DNA of 64,000 nucleotides from NCBI GenBank assembly GCA_965222375.1, contig CBDCTZ010000008.1, positions 224,001-288,000 on the forward strand. The letters are read 5' to 3'. Source of the DNA: Polyangiaceae bacterium. Its GTDB lineage: Bacteria; Myxococcota_A; Polyangia; Polyangiales; Polyangiaceae. Shown in pieces: positions 10,571 to 19,472 of this stretch (its first letter is position 1; every line of letters starts with the position of its first letter). Both the position numbers and the translations under genes were made by a program. The notes below the pieces were generated by a model, which worked only from the letters and a program-made list of their open reading frames with translations, had not been told where the DNA came from and made no database searches.

Positions 10571-11628
10571 CGCCCCCTCCTCGGCCCCACAGGTGGCGGA
10601 GCAGTGCTCTCTGGAACTTTGACCCGAGGCAGGGTGCTGCTCGGCGGACGCTGCGCGCGCATCTCGCCACTACCGCTACCGGTGACGGTCTCGAGGCGCT
10701 CCACGAACTCCCGAGCGGGGTGATGCCCGGCTTGTCGCAACAGCTCATCCCGTGCCGCAATTTCGATGATTGAGCTCATGTTGCGGCCGGGTTGAATCGG
10801 AAGAATCACTTCGCGTATCGGCACACCGAGCACTTCCTTGTGGTGCTCGTCCAGTCCGATGCGGTCGTAGTGCCCCTCCTTTTTGAACAGCTCGAGCTGA
10901 ATGATCAGATCGACCCTTTTTCGCTCACGGATAGCGGTGACTCCGTAGAGATCTTTGATGTTCAGAATGCCGAGGCCGCGCACCTCGATGTGGTGACGCA
11001 GCAGCTCTGCCGGCTGTCCAAAGATCATCCCGGGCGGCTTGAAGTCACATTCGATGACATCGTCTGCCACTAGGCGGTGTCCACGCATGACGAGTTCGAG
11101 CGCACACTCACTCTTGCCAATGCCACTCGTGCCCAAAAGCAGAACGCCAACTTCGAAAACATCGACCAGCACGCCATGAATCCGGGCGCGGGGTGCGAGG
11201 CGCTCATCCAGCAGCGTGTGTATAGCCGTAATCGCCGAAGATGACCGCTCGGCACATACGACCAGGGGCGTGCCGGTGCGTTCTGCCTCTTTGATGAAAG
11301 GCTCGGGTGGGTCCACTCCACGGGTGACGAACACGCAGGAAAGGCCCAGAGAAAACAAGCCGCGGGCAGCCGCAATCTGCTCCTCCGCAGACAGCGCGCC
11401 CGCATAAGAGAGCTCGGTTTCGCCGAGGACCTGCACCCGCTCTGGGATGATCCCGTGCATATGGCCCACTAGGGCCAGTCCAGACTTCTGGATGCGGGGG
11501 TGACCAATCAAACGGTCCAGGCCGCCGCCGCCGGCAAGCAGCCGCACATTGAGATCCAGGGCGGCGTCTTCCAGCAGGTCGCGAACGGCAACGGTTAGCT
11601 GAGTATCCGGCGGATCGTAGACGGTCAT
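10567..11628 (-). CDS. hprK: HPr kinase/phosphorylase
   Basis: HGVLVDVF, GTSGIGKSECALEL, HRLVADD, IEVRGLGI. Confidence 0.95.
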   Translation of the reverse strand: MTVYDPPDTQLTVAVRDLLEDAALDLNVRLLAGGGGLDRLIGHPRIQKSGLALVGHMHGIIPERVQVLGETELSYAGALSAEEQIAAARGLFSLGLSCVFVTRGVDPPEPFIKEAERTGTPLVVCAERSSSAITAIHTLLDERLAPRARIHGVLVDVFEVGVLLLGTSGIGKSECALELVMRGHRLVADDVIECDFKPPGMIFGQPAELLRHHIEVRGLGILNIKDLYGVTAIRERKRVDLIIQLELFKKEGHYDRIGLDEHHKEVLGVPIREVILPIQPGRNMSSIIEIAARDELLRQAGHHPAREFVERLETVTGSGSGEMRAQRPPSSTLPRVKVPESTAPPPVGPRRGR

Positions 11629-12101
11629 GTTGCCCCCAATGTGTCATCGCGCTGGCGAAGAAGCTGGTACGCCGCCTCGGCGTCGGCGGACTCCACGAGC
11701 CGCTTGCGAGTCCCCACATCCCGCAGCATCCGAGAAATTCGCGCCAAAAGACGCAGGTGCTCCCCGGTCGCCCTGCGCGGACCAATCACGCCAAAAACGA
11801 TGGTGCAACGAGCACCATCGATGGCCTCGAAGGGCACGCCCCGGGGACAGACCAATAGGGCACCAGCCTGGCTTTTGGCGGTCTCGACGGATGCATGCGG
11901 AATGGCGACGCCGTCACCGATCCCCGTACTCTGCAACTCTTCGCGATCCGTGAGGAGCTTTTCGATGTCTTGCTCGGGCGCGCCAACTACGGGTGCCAGC
12001 ATGCCGGCGAGCAAGCGTAGCGCATCCGGTTTCTCCTGCACGAATCCGCCGTCGAGGTCGACGAGGATGCGTCCCACCGTGAGAACATCGGTCAGCCGCA
12101 T
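11625..12101 (-). CDS. ptsN: PTS IIA (Ntr-type) component
   Basis: STGIGDGVAIPH, HLRLLARISR; start trimmed to MRLTD. Confidence 0.9.
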   Translation of the reverse strand: MRLTDVLTVGRILVDLDGGFVQEKPDALRLLAGMLAPVVGAPEQDIEKLLTDREELQSTGIGDGVAIPHASVETAKSQAGALLVCPRGVPFEAIDGARCTIVFGVIGPRRATGEHLRLLARISRMLRDVGTRKRLVESADAEAAYQLLRQRDDTLGAT

Positions 12102-12123
12102 CAGAATGCTCGACCCAGCTGGC

Positions 12124-12525
12124 TTAGCGTGCCTTCGCCCGCGAAGCGGCCTTTTTCTTCCCAGCCTTCTTCTTCTTGGCGGTCTTTTTGGCGGCCTTCG
12201 CGAGCGTGCCGCTGCGAAGCGAGTCACCGGAGCGACGCTTCTTGGATTGCGCCGCACCCTTGATACCGCGGATCTGCCGTTCCAACTTTCCGATCACCTT
12301 GTCGATCGAGACGTACATGTCTTCGGAGGCTTCTTTGGCCTCCAGGTGTGAACCACCACTGGATACGCGGGTCTCAGCGACGTGCTTTAGCTTGTCCAGG
12401 GAGAGCGTGACCTTTGCGGACATCGGCTGCCTGAGAAACTTCTGTAGCTTCGCTACTTTTTCACGAGCGTAGGATTTGACAGATTCACTGGCGTCCATGT
12501 GACGGAACGTGATGCTGATGTTCAC
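12124..12525 (-). CDS. hpf: ribosome hibernation promoting factor with Lys/Ala-rich tail
   Basis: MNISITFRHMDASESVKSYA..EDMYVSIDKV..KLERQ; directly downstream of rpoN. Confidence 0.9.
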   Translation of the reverse strand: MNISITFRHMDASESVKSYAREKVAKLQKFLRQPMSAKVTLSLDKLKHVAETRVSSGGSHLEAKEASEDMYVSIDKVIGKLERQIRGIKGAAQSKKRRSGDSLRSGTLAKAAKKTAKKKKAGKKKAASRAKAR

Positions 12526-12593
12526 GAGCTTCTCCTGAGATTGATATCCATTGCCCTGACGTCAGAGGCCCGACCTTTTCACGCGGCACCGGA

Positions 12594-14081
12594 TCAAAAC
12601 AACCGTTTGCGTTTCGAGGATGCGAGAATCCCTAGCATTTCGCGGTATTTCGCCACGGTTCGCCGGGCTATCTTGATGCCTTCGTTCTTCTCCAGAATCT
12701 CCACGATGGCCTGATCCGAAAGAGGACTCTGCTTGTCCTCCTCCTCGATGATCTTCTTGATGGCCTGTTTCACGCTCTCACTGGCGATGTCCTCTTCGCC
12801 AACGCGGCGGATGCTCGAATTGAAGAAGTACTTCAGCTCGAAGAGGCCTTGGGGCGTGTGCATGTACTTGTTCGTCGTCACACGACTGATGGTGGACTCG
12901 TGCATGCCGACGGCTTCAGCGATGTCCCGCAAGATCATCGGCTTGAGATGAGCAACTCCCCGCTCGAAAAAATCCCGCTGCTTTTCGACGATACACTCGG
13001 AGACCTTGATGATGGTCTTGCGACGCTGCTCGATGGCACGAATCAGCCATTGAGCATTTCTCAGTTTCTCGCCGATGAACTCCTTGGCGTTCGGATCTTT
13101 CATCAACTTCTTGGTTAGATTCTCGTTGATGTAGAGCCGTTGGACTCCGCGGTCGTTGTCCATCACGACGAACTCGTCGCCGTCCTTGATCACGTACACG
13201 TCGGGAGTGATCCCGATGCTGCGGTCGTCGGTCTCGGTGAAGTTCCGGGCCGGGCGGCTTTCGAGCTTCTGTATCTCTTTTGCCGCCTCGTACACCTCTT
13301 CGATGGGGAGCTTCATTTCCCGAGCTATCGCCTGGTAGTTGTGCTTTTCCAGGTGATGCATGTGGTGCTCGATGATCTCGATTTCCGAGTCTTCGTAGCC
13401 ATAGGTCTTGGCCTGAATCAGCAGACACTCCTGCAGGTCCCGGGCGGCAACTCCCAGAGGATCGAAGTTCTGGATCATTTCGAGCACCAGGGGCGTGTCG
13501 TCCGGATGCAGGCCCGCCTCGGCCCCCAGATCTTCGATGGTGAGATCCGGCGTTCTCGAGCCATCGTCCCGCTCAACGCCCTTCAGGTCCAGGTAGCCGT
13601 TTTCGTCTAGATTTCCGATGACCAACTCCGCAAAGCGGCGCTCCACATCCGTGAAATCGCTGAGCTGAAGTTGCCACAGCAAGTGATCTCGCAGCCCTCG
13701 GGGTTTGGTGAGGTTCTGTTCGATGGGGGGCAAGTCGTCGAAACCACCGCGATTCGATGGCATCGGCTGCTGCAGGGTCCGGTTTTCGAGAAACTTCTCC
13801 CAGTCGACCTCCCGCGCGGCCTTCTCGGACTCCCGAGCGTCATCCGCTCGATCGCCTTGAGGAAAATCCCGTTCCTCCGCCGTGGCTGCCCGCGCGTTGG
13901 CCTCCCGATCTCGCGGCCGGGAGTCCACCTCGTCTTCGCTGAGCACCGGGTTGTTGTCGAGCTCCTTGCGGACTTCGTCGATGAGCTCTAGGCGCGAAAG
14001 CTGCAGCAGTCGGATCGCCTGCTGCAGCTGTGGGGTCATCACGAGCTGCTGTGAGAGGCGTAGTTGCTGCTTGATTTCCAT
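12594..14081 (-). CDS. rpoN: RNA polymerase sigma-54 factor
   Basis: QQLVMTPQLQQAIRLLQL, HESTISR, RpoN box ARRTVAKYRE; start trimmed to MEIKQ. Confidence 0.97.
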   Translation of the reverse strand: MEIKQQLRLSQQLVMTPQLQQAIRLLQLSRLELIDEVRKELDNNPVLSEDEVDSRPRDREANARAATAEERDFPQGDRADDARESEKAAREVDWEKFLENRTLQQPMPSNRGGFDDLPPIEQNLTKPRGLRDHLLWQLQLSDFTDVERRFAELVIGNLDENGYLDLKGVERDDGSRTPDLTIEDLGAEAGLHPDDTPLVLEMIQNFDPLGVAARDLQECLLIQAKTYGYEDSEIEIIEHHMHHLEKHNYQAIAREMKLPIEEVYEAAKEIQKLESRPARNFTETDDRSIGITPDVYVIKDGDEFVVMDNDRGVQRLYINENLTKKLMKDPNAKEFIGEKLRNAQWLIRAIEQRRKTIIKVSECIVEKQRDFFERGVAHLKPMILRDIAEAVGMHESTISRVTTNKYMHTPQGLFELKYFFNSSIRRVGEEDIASESVKQAIKKIIEEEDKQSPLSDQAIVEILEKNEGIKIARRTVAKYREMLGILASSKRKRLF

Positions 14082-14204
14082 TGTGATTCCGCTGCTTCGT
14101 CGAATCGTCTGAGCCGACCCTGGTGAGTCTATCACCCCAAGAGCAAGAAGTGAGCCCAAGTCGTAGCGCGAAGAAAGTGCACGGGTTTTAGGCAGGTTCG
14201 AACG

Positions 14205-14903
14205 TCAGCCCAGGTAGCGATTCCGGACCTCGGGGTGGTCCTCGAAGGCTTCCGGGCTTTCCCAGACGCGGATACTTCCATCCAAGAGCAGCCCGGCGCG
14301 GTCCGAGAAGGCGAGAGCCTCCCGAACCCGATGATCTGCCACCAACACCCCGGCCCCATCCTCGGCGGCTTTGCGTACGACCTGACCAATCTTGGCGGCT
14401 CCCCCCGGGTCCACCCCTGCCAGCGGCTCGTCCAAAAGCAGCAGCCGGGGCTTCGGGATCAACACCCGGAGCAGCTCGAGCCGGCGGCGCTCTCCCCCCG
14501 AGAGATCCCGCGCTCGCCGCGGCGCGTAGCTGTCGTCCAAGCCGACCGCTTCGAGTCGCTCCGCCAAGCCCTGCTTCGCCGCGCCGCTGATGCGCTCGAA
14601 GGTGGCCACGTTGTCCGCCACGCTCAGATCGAACAACACACTGGGCGTCTGCGGCACGTAGCCAAGGCCCGCCCGCGCGCGGCGCCACAGCGGCTCCTTG
14701 GAAATGTCCTGCCCCTGCAGCGTGACCACGCCAGATTGGGCGGACAATTCCCCCGAGAGCACGCGAAACAGCGTCGACTTACCCGCACCACTTGGTCCCA
14801 GCAGCGCCACGACCTCACCCGCAGCCACCTCGACGTCCACGCCATCCAACACGCGCACGTCTCCGTAACTCAGACACACGCCTTGGGCGGATAGGACGGC
14901 CAC
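14205..14903 (-). CDS. lptB: LPS export ABC transporter ATP-binding protein
   Basis: GPSGAGKST, LSGGERRRLE, LLLDEPLAGVDP, EVRNRYLG; upstream of rpoN. Confidence 0.8.
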   Translation of the reverse strand: MAVLSAQGVCLSYGDVRVLDGVDVEVAAGEVVALLGPSGAGKSTLFRVLSGELSAQSGVVTLQGQDISKEPLWRRARAGLGYVPQTPSVLFDLSVADNVATFERISGAAKQGLAERLEAVGLDDSYAPRRARDLSGGERRRLELLRVLIPKPRLLLLDEPLAGVDPGGAAKIGQVVRKAAEDGAGVLVADHRVREALAFSDRAGLLLDGSIRVWESPEAFEDHPEVRNRYLG

Positions 14904-14931
14904 GCGGCCACCGTATCAGAAAGCGCAGGAC

Positions 14932-15438
14932 TCAGCGCTTGGGCGGCTGGACCGGAATCGAGCCTTTGACTTGGTGCAAGGTCACCTTGCGTGTGGCCAG
15001 GTCGATGTGTGCCTTGGCGGCTTTGACCCAACCCTTGCCGCGAGACAGTCGCACCGCACCGCGCAGGGTGACGCGCCGCTTGGCGACGTCCAACTCGACG
15101 CTCTGGGCCGTTGCTTCGATCCCCTTCAGCTTGGCCCGCACGCCTCCGCTACCGCGCGCCCACTTGACCCGGGGTGCTTCGTCGTAGCGGATCTCGACTT
15201 TGGGGCTGAGCACCTCCAGCTCACCCATCACCGCACGAACGTTGCCCTCGAGAGCGGCGGTGCCTGCGGACACGTCGACCTCGAGTCGATCCGCGGAGAT
15301 ATCTAGAGATTCTCCCTCGACCACGGCGAGGGGTTGGGCCTGGGCGCTGCGCGGCGCGCTCACCCCCGAGGACGCCAAGGCCACGAAACTGGCGAAAACC
15401 AGGGTCAGAAGCGATCGACGGGAGGAAGAAAACACCAT
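14932..15438 (-). CDS. lptA: LptA/OstA family periplasmic protein
   Basis: Signal peptide; ISADRLEVD..LEGNVRA beta-jellyroll pattern; adjacent to lptB. Confidence 0.7.
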   Translation of the reverse strand: MVFSSSRRSLLTLVFASFVALASSGVSAPRSAQAQPLAVVEGESLDISADRLEVDVSAGTAALEGNVRAVMGELEVLSPKVEIRYDEAPRVKWARGSGGVRAKLKGIEATAQSVELDVAKRRVTLRGAVRLSRGKGWVKAAKAHIDLATRKVTLHQVKGSIPVQPPKR

Positions 15439-15474
15439 GACAAGCCTAGCACTTGGACGGAAAAGGACACGTTT

Positions 15475-17955
15475 TCATTCACTTGCGCCCGGGGTTTTGG
15501 CGACCCCCATGACAGCTGTCAAGGCCTGCAGTCGCAGCACCCACTCGGGTCGCTGAAGGTCGGGCGCGTCTCGCCCTCTTCCCAATTCTCCCACGACGTC
15601 GACGCATACGGTCGCCAGCCGACTTGCAGTGCGCGCTCCGTCGTCACCCGCGAGTTCTGGACCGAGGGCACGCAAGGCCGCTCCGACGCCCGCACGCAGC
15701 TCCGCCCGGGGCCCGTCAGCGATGTCCGCGGCCTGTGCAAGCGACAGCAGCTCCTCCACGATGACGTCGCACAGCAGTCGCCGCGCTCGGCTGCCCAGAA
15801 AGCGATCCGCTGCCGCATCCACGGGCGCGCCTTGCACCGGTCGAGCAATCTCCTTCAGCTCGACAAGTCGCTCCTCCACACGGCGAGTCAAGGCCATGAC
15901 CCACGGTCGGGGTGCCAAGGCGGCCTGCTGCGCCATGGCCTGCAGCGCGTTGTCCTGGGCACGTCGCAGCTGCATCGCTTCGAGGATGTCTCTCTGACGT
16001 CTCTCGGCAACCGCCACCAGGGCAGCGACGGCGCGGCGGTAACGGACCCTCAGCACGCGATCCTTGAGCTCGCGGCCCCGCAGGCCCAGCAACTCCTCGA
16101 GCCGAGCGCTGACCTGCTCGAAGCCCGACCGAGCGTAGGCATCCGAATCTTCGCTGTCCGGGCTCGCGAGCAGTGCCGAAAGCGCCAGAGCCGCCCCCTC
16201 GGTGGGGAGCTTCGCATCCCGCAGCCCCGCATCCACGTGGGCCAACGCTTCTTCCAACTCGGCTTGGGACAGCCGATCGGCCTTGTTGAGCAGCACGACG
16301 ATGGGCACGCCAGACGCCGCGATGTCCTCCAGCCGCTCGCGCTCACTGGCCTTGAGAGCCTGAGAGGCATCGAGCAGCCACAACGCCACGTGCGCTTCAT
16401 CCAGCGCCTTTCGCGCGGCGCGGGCGTGATGCCCATCCGGGGCGTTGAAGCCCGGGGTATCCACCAGCTCGACGCGCTTGAGCAGCTCCAAGGGGGCGCG
16501 CAGCAGGACCTCGCCCACAGCGTCGGCGGGGATCTGACCAAGCGTTGCTTTCAAGTCCGAAAACGCCACCACCCGCGCGGGCTCACCGTCCAGCCGCTCG
16601 ATCCGAGCGATTCGATCCGGAGACCAAACCAATCGATGCAAGGTTGCCGTGGTCGGCAATACACCAGTTGCAGCCACGGACTCGCCCAGCAGCGCATTGA
16701 CGAAACTGGACTTCCCCGCGTTGAACTCGCCGACCACGGCGACCCTCAGGGGCCCTTCGAGTTCCCGGCCGATAGCCGCCAGAGCGCGGGTGACTTCGAG
16801 GGCGGCGAGATCTTCGGCCAGATCTGCGCAACAGGGCAATGCCTCACCCCAGACTGCGCGGCCTTCTCGAGCAAACCATTCAGCGACCACGGCTTGGCGC
16901 AGCTCCGCGGCCCAGGCGGTATCGAGTCCCGCCAAGCTATCCAGGCGAGCGGCGCCATCTCGCGACAGTGCGTCTGCGAGGACGGTGGTTTCTGAATCCA
17001 ATTCGACGCCGAGGCGCTCACTCGCGGAGGCAACCGCCCGCAGGCCCCGAGGATCCCGCGCCGCGACAGCCGCCGCAGCCAGGCCACTCAAGGTCTGTGG
17101 GTCGGAGGTGCTCTCGGCCAGCTGCAGCAGTTGTTCGCTAGCGTCGTCGTCGTCAGCGGATAGAGCGAAAGCGAGCTGCCACCCGGGCTTGGTGTCCCGG
17201 TCCAGATCTCGCGCCAGCTCACGCCACTTTCCTTGGCTCGCAGCGTTCTGATGAGGCAGGCGCCGCTGCGCCAACTCATCCGCCCCGGGCGCATCCAGCA
17301 GCACCGCGCGGCGCAGCGCCTGGTCCGCCTCGGGATCATCCGGGTCGAGGAGCTGGGCACGCAGCAGCCAACCCGGACCGTCCCCGGTGGCAGGCAAGCC
17401 GAGGTCTTTGGCGAGATTGCGAGCCGTGGACCGGTCGCCCACAGCCAGCCGCGCGCGGACCCGACGCAACGTGACTTCCGGCCCGACGGCACGCGCAACC
17501 GAAAGCTGATCCAGCCAACGCTCGGCACGCTCGCCGTCTCCGGTCGCCAGATCCATGTCGGAGAGTTGAAGCCTCGCCGCGTCCGCCGCGGCCGCCGGGT
17601 CACCGCACTCGACGGCTTGCACCAAGCTCTGTCGAGGGTCGAGCCCGGACTGTGTCTCCAGGTTGGCGCGGCTGAGCCAAATGTCGCCCCGATAAGGCAG
17701 CACCTCGGATAGCTCGCGGGCGGCGTCGAGAGCCTCGTCCCTCAAGTGCATTTCCGTGGCAGCGTCCGCGTGAAGGGCGAGCACCAGGGGTGAATGCGGC
17801 AGCACATTGCGCAGTGCCCGCGCCAGATGCAGCGCTTCTGGTGCGTTGCCCTCCGCCAGCGCTCGCTTGGCCGACCGAAACCGCCCTTCCTGACCCCGCG
17901 CGACGAGTTCCGCACGAGAGAGCCAGTCGCTCAGGGCCTCGACCAACGCAGGCAT
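15475..17955 (-). CDS. dynamin-like GTPase with N-terminal TPR-like region
   Basis: G1 GEFNAGKSS, G2 LPTT, G3 DTPG, G4 NKAD; helical TPR-like N-terminus; start trimmed to MPALVE. Confidence 0.8.
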   Translation of the reverse strand: MPALVEALSDWLSRAELVARGQEGRFRSAKRALAEGNAPEALHLARALRNVLPHSPLVLALHADAATEMHLRDEALDAARELSEVLPYRGDIWLSRANLETQSGLDPRQSLVQAVECGDPAAAADAARLQLSDMDLATGDGERAERWLDQLSVARAVGPEVTLRRVRARLAVGDRSTARNLAKDLGLPATGDGPGWLLRAQLLDPDDPEADQALRRAVLLDAPGADELAQRRLPHQNAASQGKWRELARDLDRDTKPGWQLAFALSADDDDASEQLLQLAESTSDPQTLSGLAAAAVAARDPRGLRAVASASERLGVELDSETTVLADALSRDGAARLDSLAGLDTAWAAELRQAVVAEWFAREGRAVWGEALPCCADLAEDLAALEVTRALAAIGRELEGPLRVAVVGEFNAGKSSFVNALLGESVAATGVLPTTATLHRLVWSPDRIARIERLDGEPARVVAFSDLKATLGQIPADAVGEVLLRAPLELLKRVELVDTPGFNAPDGHHARAARKALDEAHVALWLLDASQALKASERERLEDIAASGVPIVVLLNKADRLSQAELEEALAHVDAGLRDAKLPTEGAALALSALLASPDSEDSDAYARSGFEQVSARLEELLGLRGRELKDRVLRVRYRRAVAALVAVAERRQRDILEAMQLRRAQDNALQAMAQQAALAPRPWVMALTRRVEERLVELKEIARPVQGAPVDAAADRFLGSRARRLLCDVIVEELLSLAQAADIADGPRAELRAGVGAALRALGPELAGDDGARTASRLATVCVDVVGELGRGRDAPDLQRPEWVLRLQALTAVMGVAKTPGASE

Positions 17956-17971
17956 GAGCGGGACGCTAGTC

Positions 17972-19438
17972 TCACTTTGGCTCGGCGTCTCGGCGCAACA
18001 CGACGTAGGACTGGCTCGTGCCGCCCAGGGGCACGAGCCCCACGCTTCGAAAGCCCAACTCCGCGAGCTGGCTGAGCAGCCGCGCCTCCACAGCGCGACT
18101 GGCCATTTCGACGGCTGGGCGTTCGCCCACGGCTGGCCTTCGGCCGGGCGGCGCCAACACGACGGCGGCGTCCACCCCTCGGCGCCGAGCAAAGTCTTTC
18201 GGGATCCGCTTCGAGGTGTGGCCTCCAGCCAAGTAGGCCACCTCCGGGTCCGTCACCCCAGCCAGGTCGACAACGGGCGCCTGCGTCGCCAGTCCGACCC
18301 AGCCGACGTCCAAACTGACGATCGTGCCCGCACCGTCGAGGAGCGGGGCGGCGCCATCCACCAACTCGAGCCGGCGGCTCTCGACGGCGCGCGCATCTTG
18401 GAAATGCACCACCGCCGGCAGTGACAGACAAGCGACCCCGACTGCCACCGCACCCAGCCCTCGCCGGCGTCCGCAGTGCTCCAAACTCTCCGCAGCGAGC
18501 AGCAGCGCGACGGGAAGCACGGGGCACCACAGTCGATACAAGGGCATCCAGTCGCCGCCTGCGAGACTGAGCGCCGCCAGATGTGCGCTCAGCGCAACGA
18601 CGCGCGTTCGCCCCAACGCAGAAAGACGACTGTAGCGCAGCGAGCCCATGACCAAAGGGAGCGCTCCGGTAAAGACGCCGCCTCCGATGGCGTAGCGCAG
18701 TCCGTGCTCCAGATCCGAGGGCTTGGCCACGAACGCCAGGGGCGTGCTGACACCAAAGTGCTGCAGGCGCAGCGCGATCATGCCGACCGTCGGCAATAGG
18801 CAGACGCCCGCTCGTATCAGCGCGCCGCGGACCCCGCTGCCGCTCGCCCAGCCCGCACCCACCGCGCCCACGAGAGCAAAGGGCAATAGCTCGGGTCGCC
18901 ACGCCGCCGCGCAGCCGAGCAGCGCGGCCTGCCCTACGCGCGCGCCGCAGCCCGCCACGACCGCCAACATGATCAGCGCGGTCTCCATTCCGGACACGGC
19001 CCACGCCGGGATCCCAATGCTCGCGCAGAGCCAAACCAACACCCAAAACCGAGCCCTCGACTTGCCCGCGTAGCCGATTCGGATCCCCAACAGCACGCCC
19101 ACGCCGATCAACGCAGCCGCCCCCAAGAGCCTCGCAACCCGAAACGCACCCAGGGGCCCCGCGCCGCCAAGGGCCGCGACCAGATGCGCGAATCCCAGCG
19201 GCGTCACGGCATCCACGACGGGACCGTCGGGATTGAAGCGGTGCCCGCGGCCCTCAGCCAGATTGTCGGCCACTCGAGCGATGATCCAGGCGTCATCGAC
19301 ACAGAACCCCCACAGGCTCAGCACACCGATCACAGCGACAGCGCCCCCAAGCAGTCCCCCGACGCTGGCGGCGCGGCGCCTAGCCACCTTTTCGCTGGCT
19401 GTCCACTCCTCGGCAATCCAGCCTGAAAAGTTCTGCAT
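17972..19438 (-). CDS. polytopic membrane protein, GT-C-fold glycosyltransferase-like
   Basis: VDDAWI..VADNLAEGRGHRFNP, WAVSGMET, GGDWMP..R motifs; many TM segments. Confidence 0.65.
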   Translation of the reverse strand: MQNFSGWIAEEWTASEKVARRRAASVGGLLGGAVAVIGVLSLWGFCVDDAWIIARVADNLAEGRGHRFNPDGPVVDAVTPLGFAHLVAALGGAGPLGAFRVARLLGAAALIGVGVLLGIRIGYAGKSRARFWVLVWLCASIGIPAWAVSGMETALIMLAVVAGCGARVGQAALLGCAAAWRPELLPFALVGAVGAGWASGSGVRGALIRAGVCLLPTVGMIALRLQHFGVSTPLAFVAKPSDLEHGLRYAIGGGVFTGALPLVMGSLRYSRLSALGRTRVVALSAHLAALSLAGGDWMPLYRLWCPVLPVALLLAAESLEHCGRRRGLGAVAVGVACLSLPAVVHFQDARAVESRRLELVDGAAPLLDGAGTIVSLDVGWVGLATQAPVVDLAGVTDPEVAYLAGGHTSKRIPKDFARRRGVDAAVVLAPPGRRPAVGERPAVEMASRAVEARLLSQLAELGFRSVGLVPLGGTSQSYVVLRRDAEPK

Positions 19439-19472
19439 GTGAGCTCGGGCTTTCTACGATGCGTATCGTCGA

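Noticed and set aside
2260..16995. Long plus-strand ORFs (e.g. 2260-3528, 3245-4771, 5392-6504, 15334-16995)
   Set aside because: Antisense shadows of well-supported genes, expected at high GC
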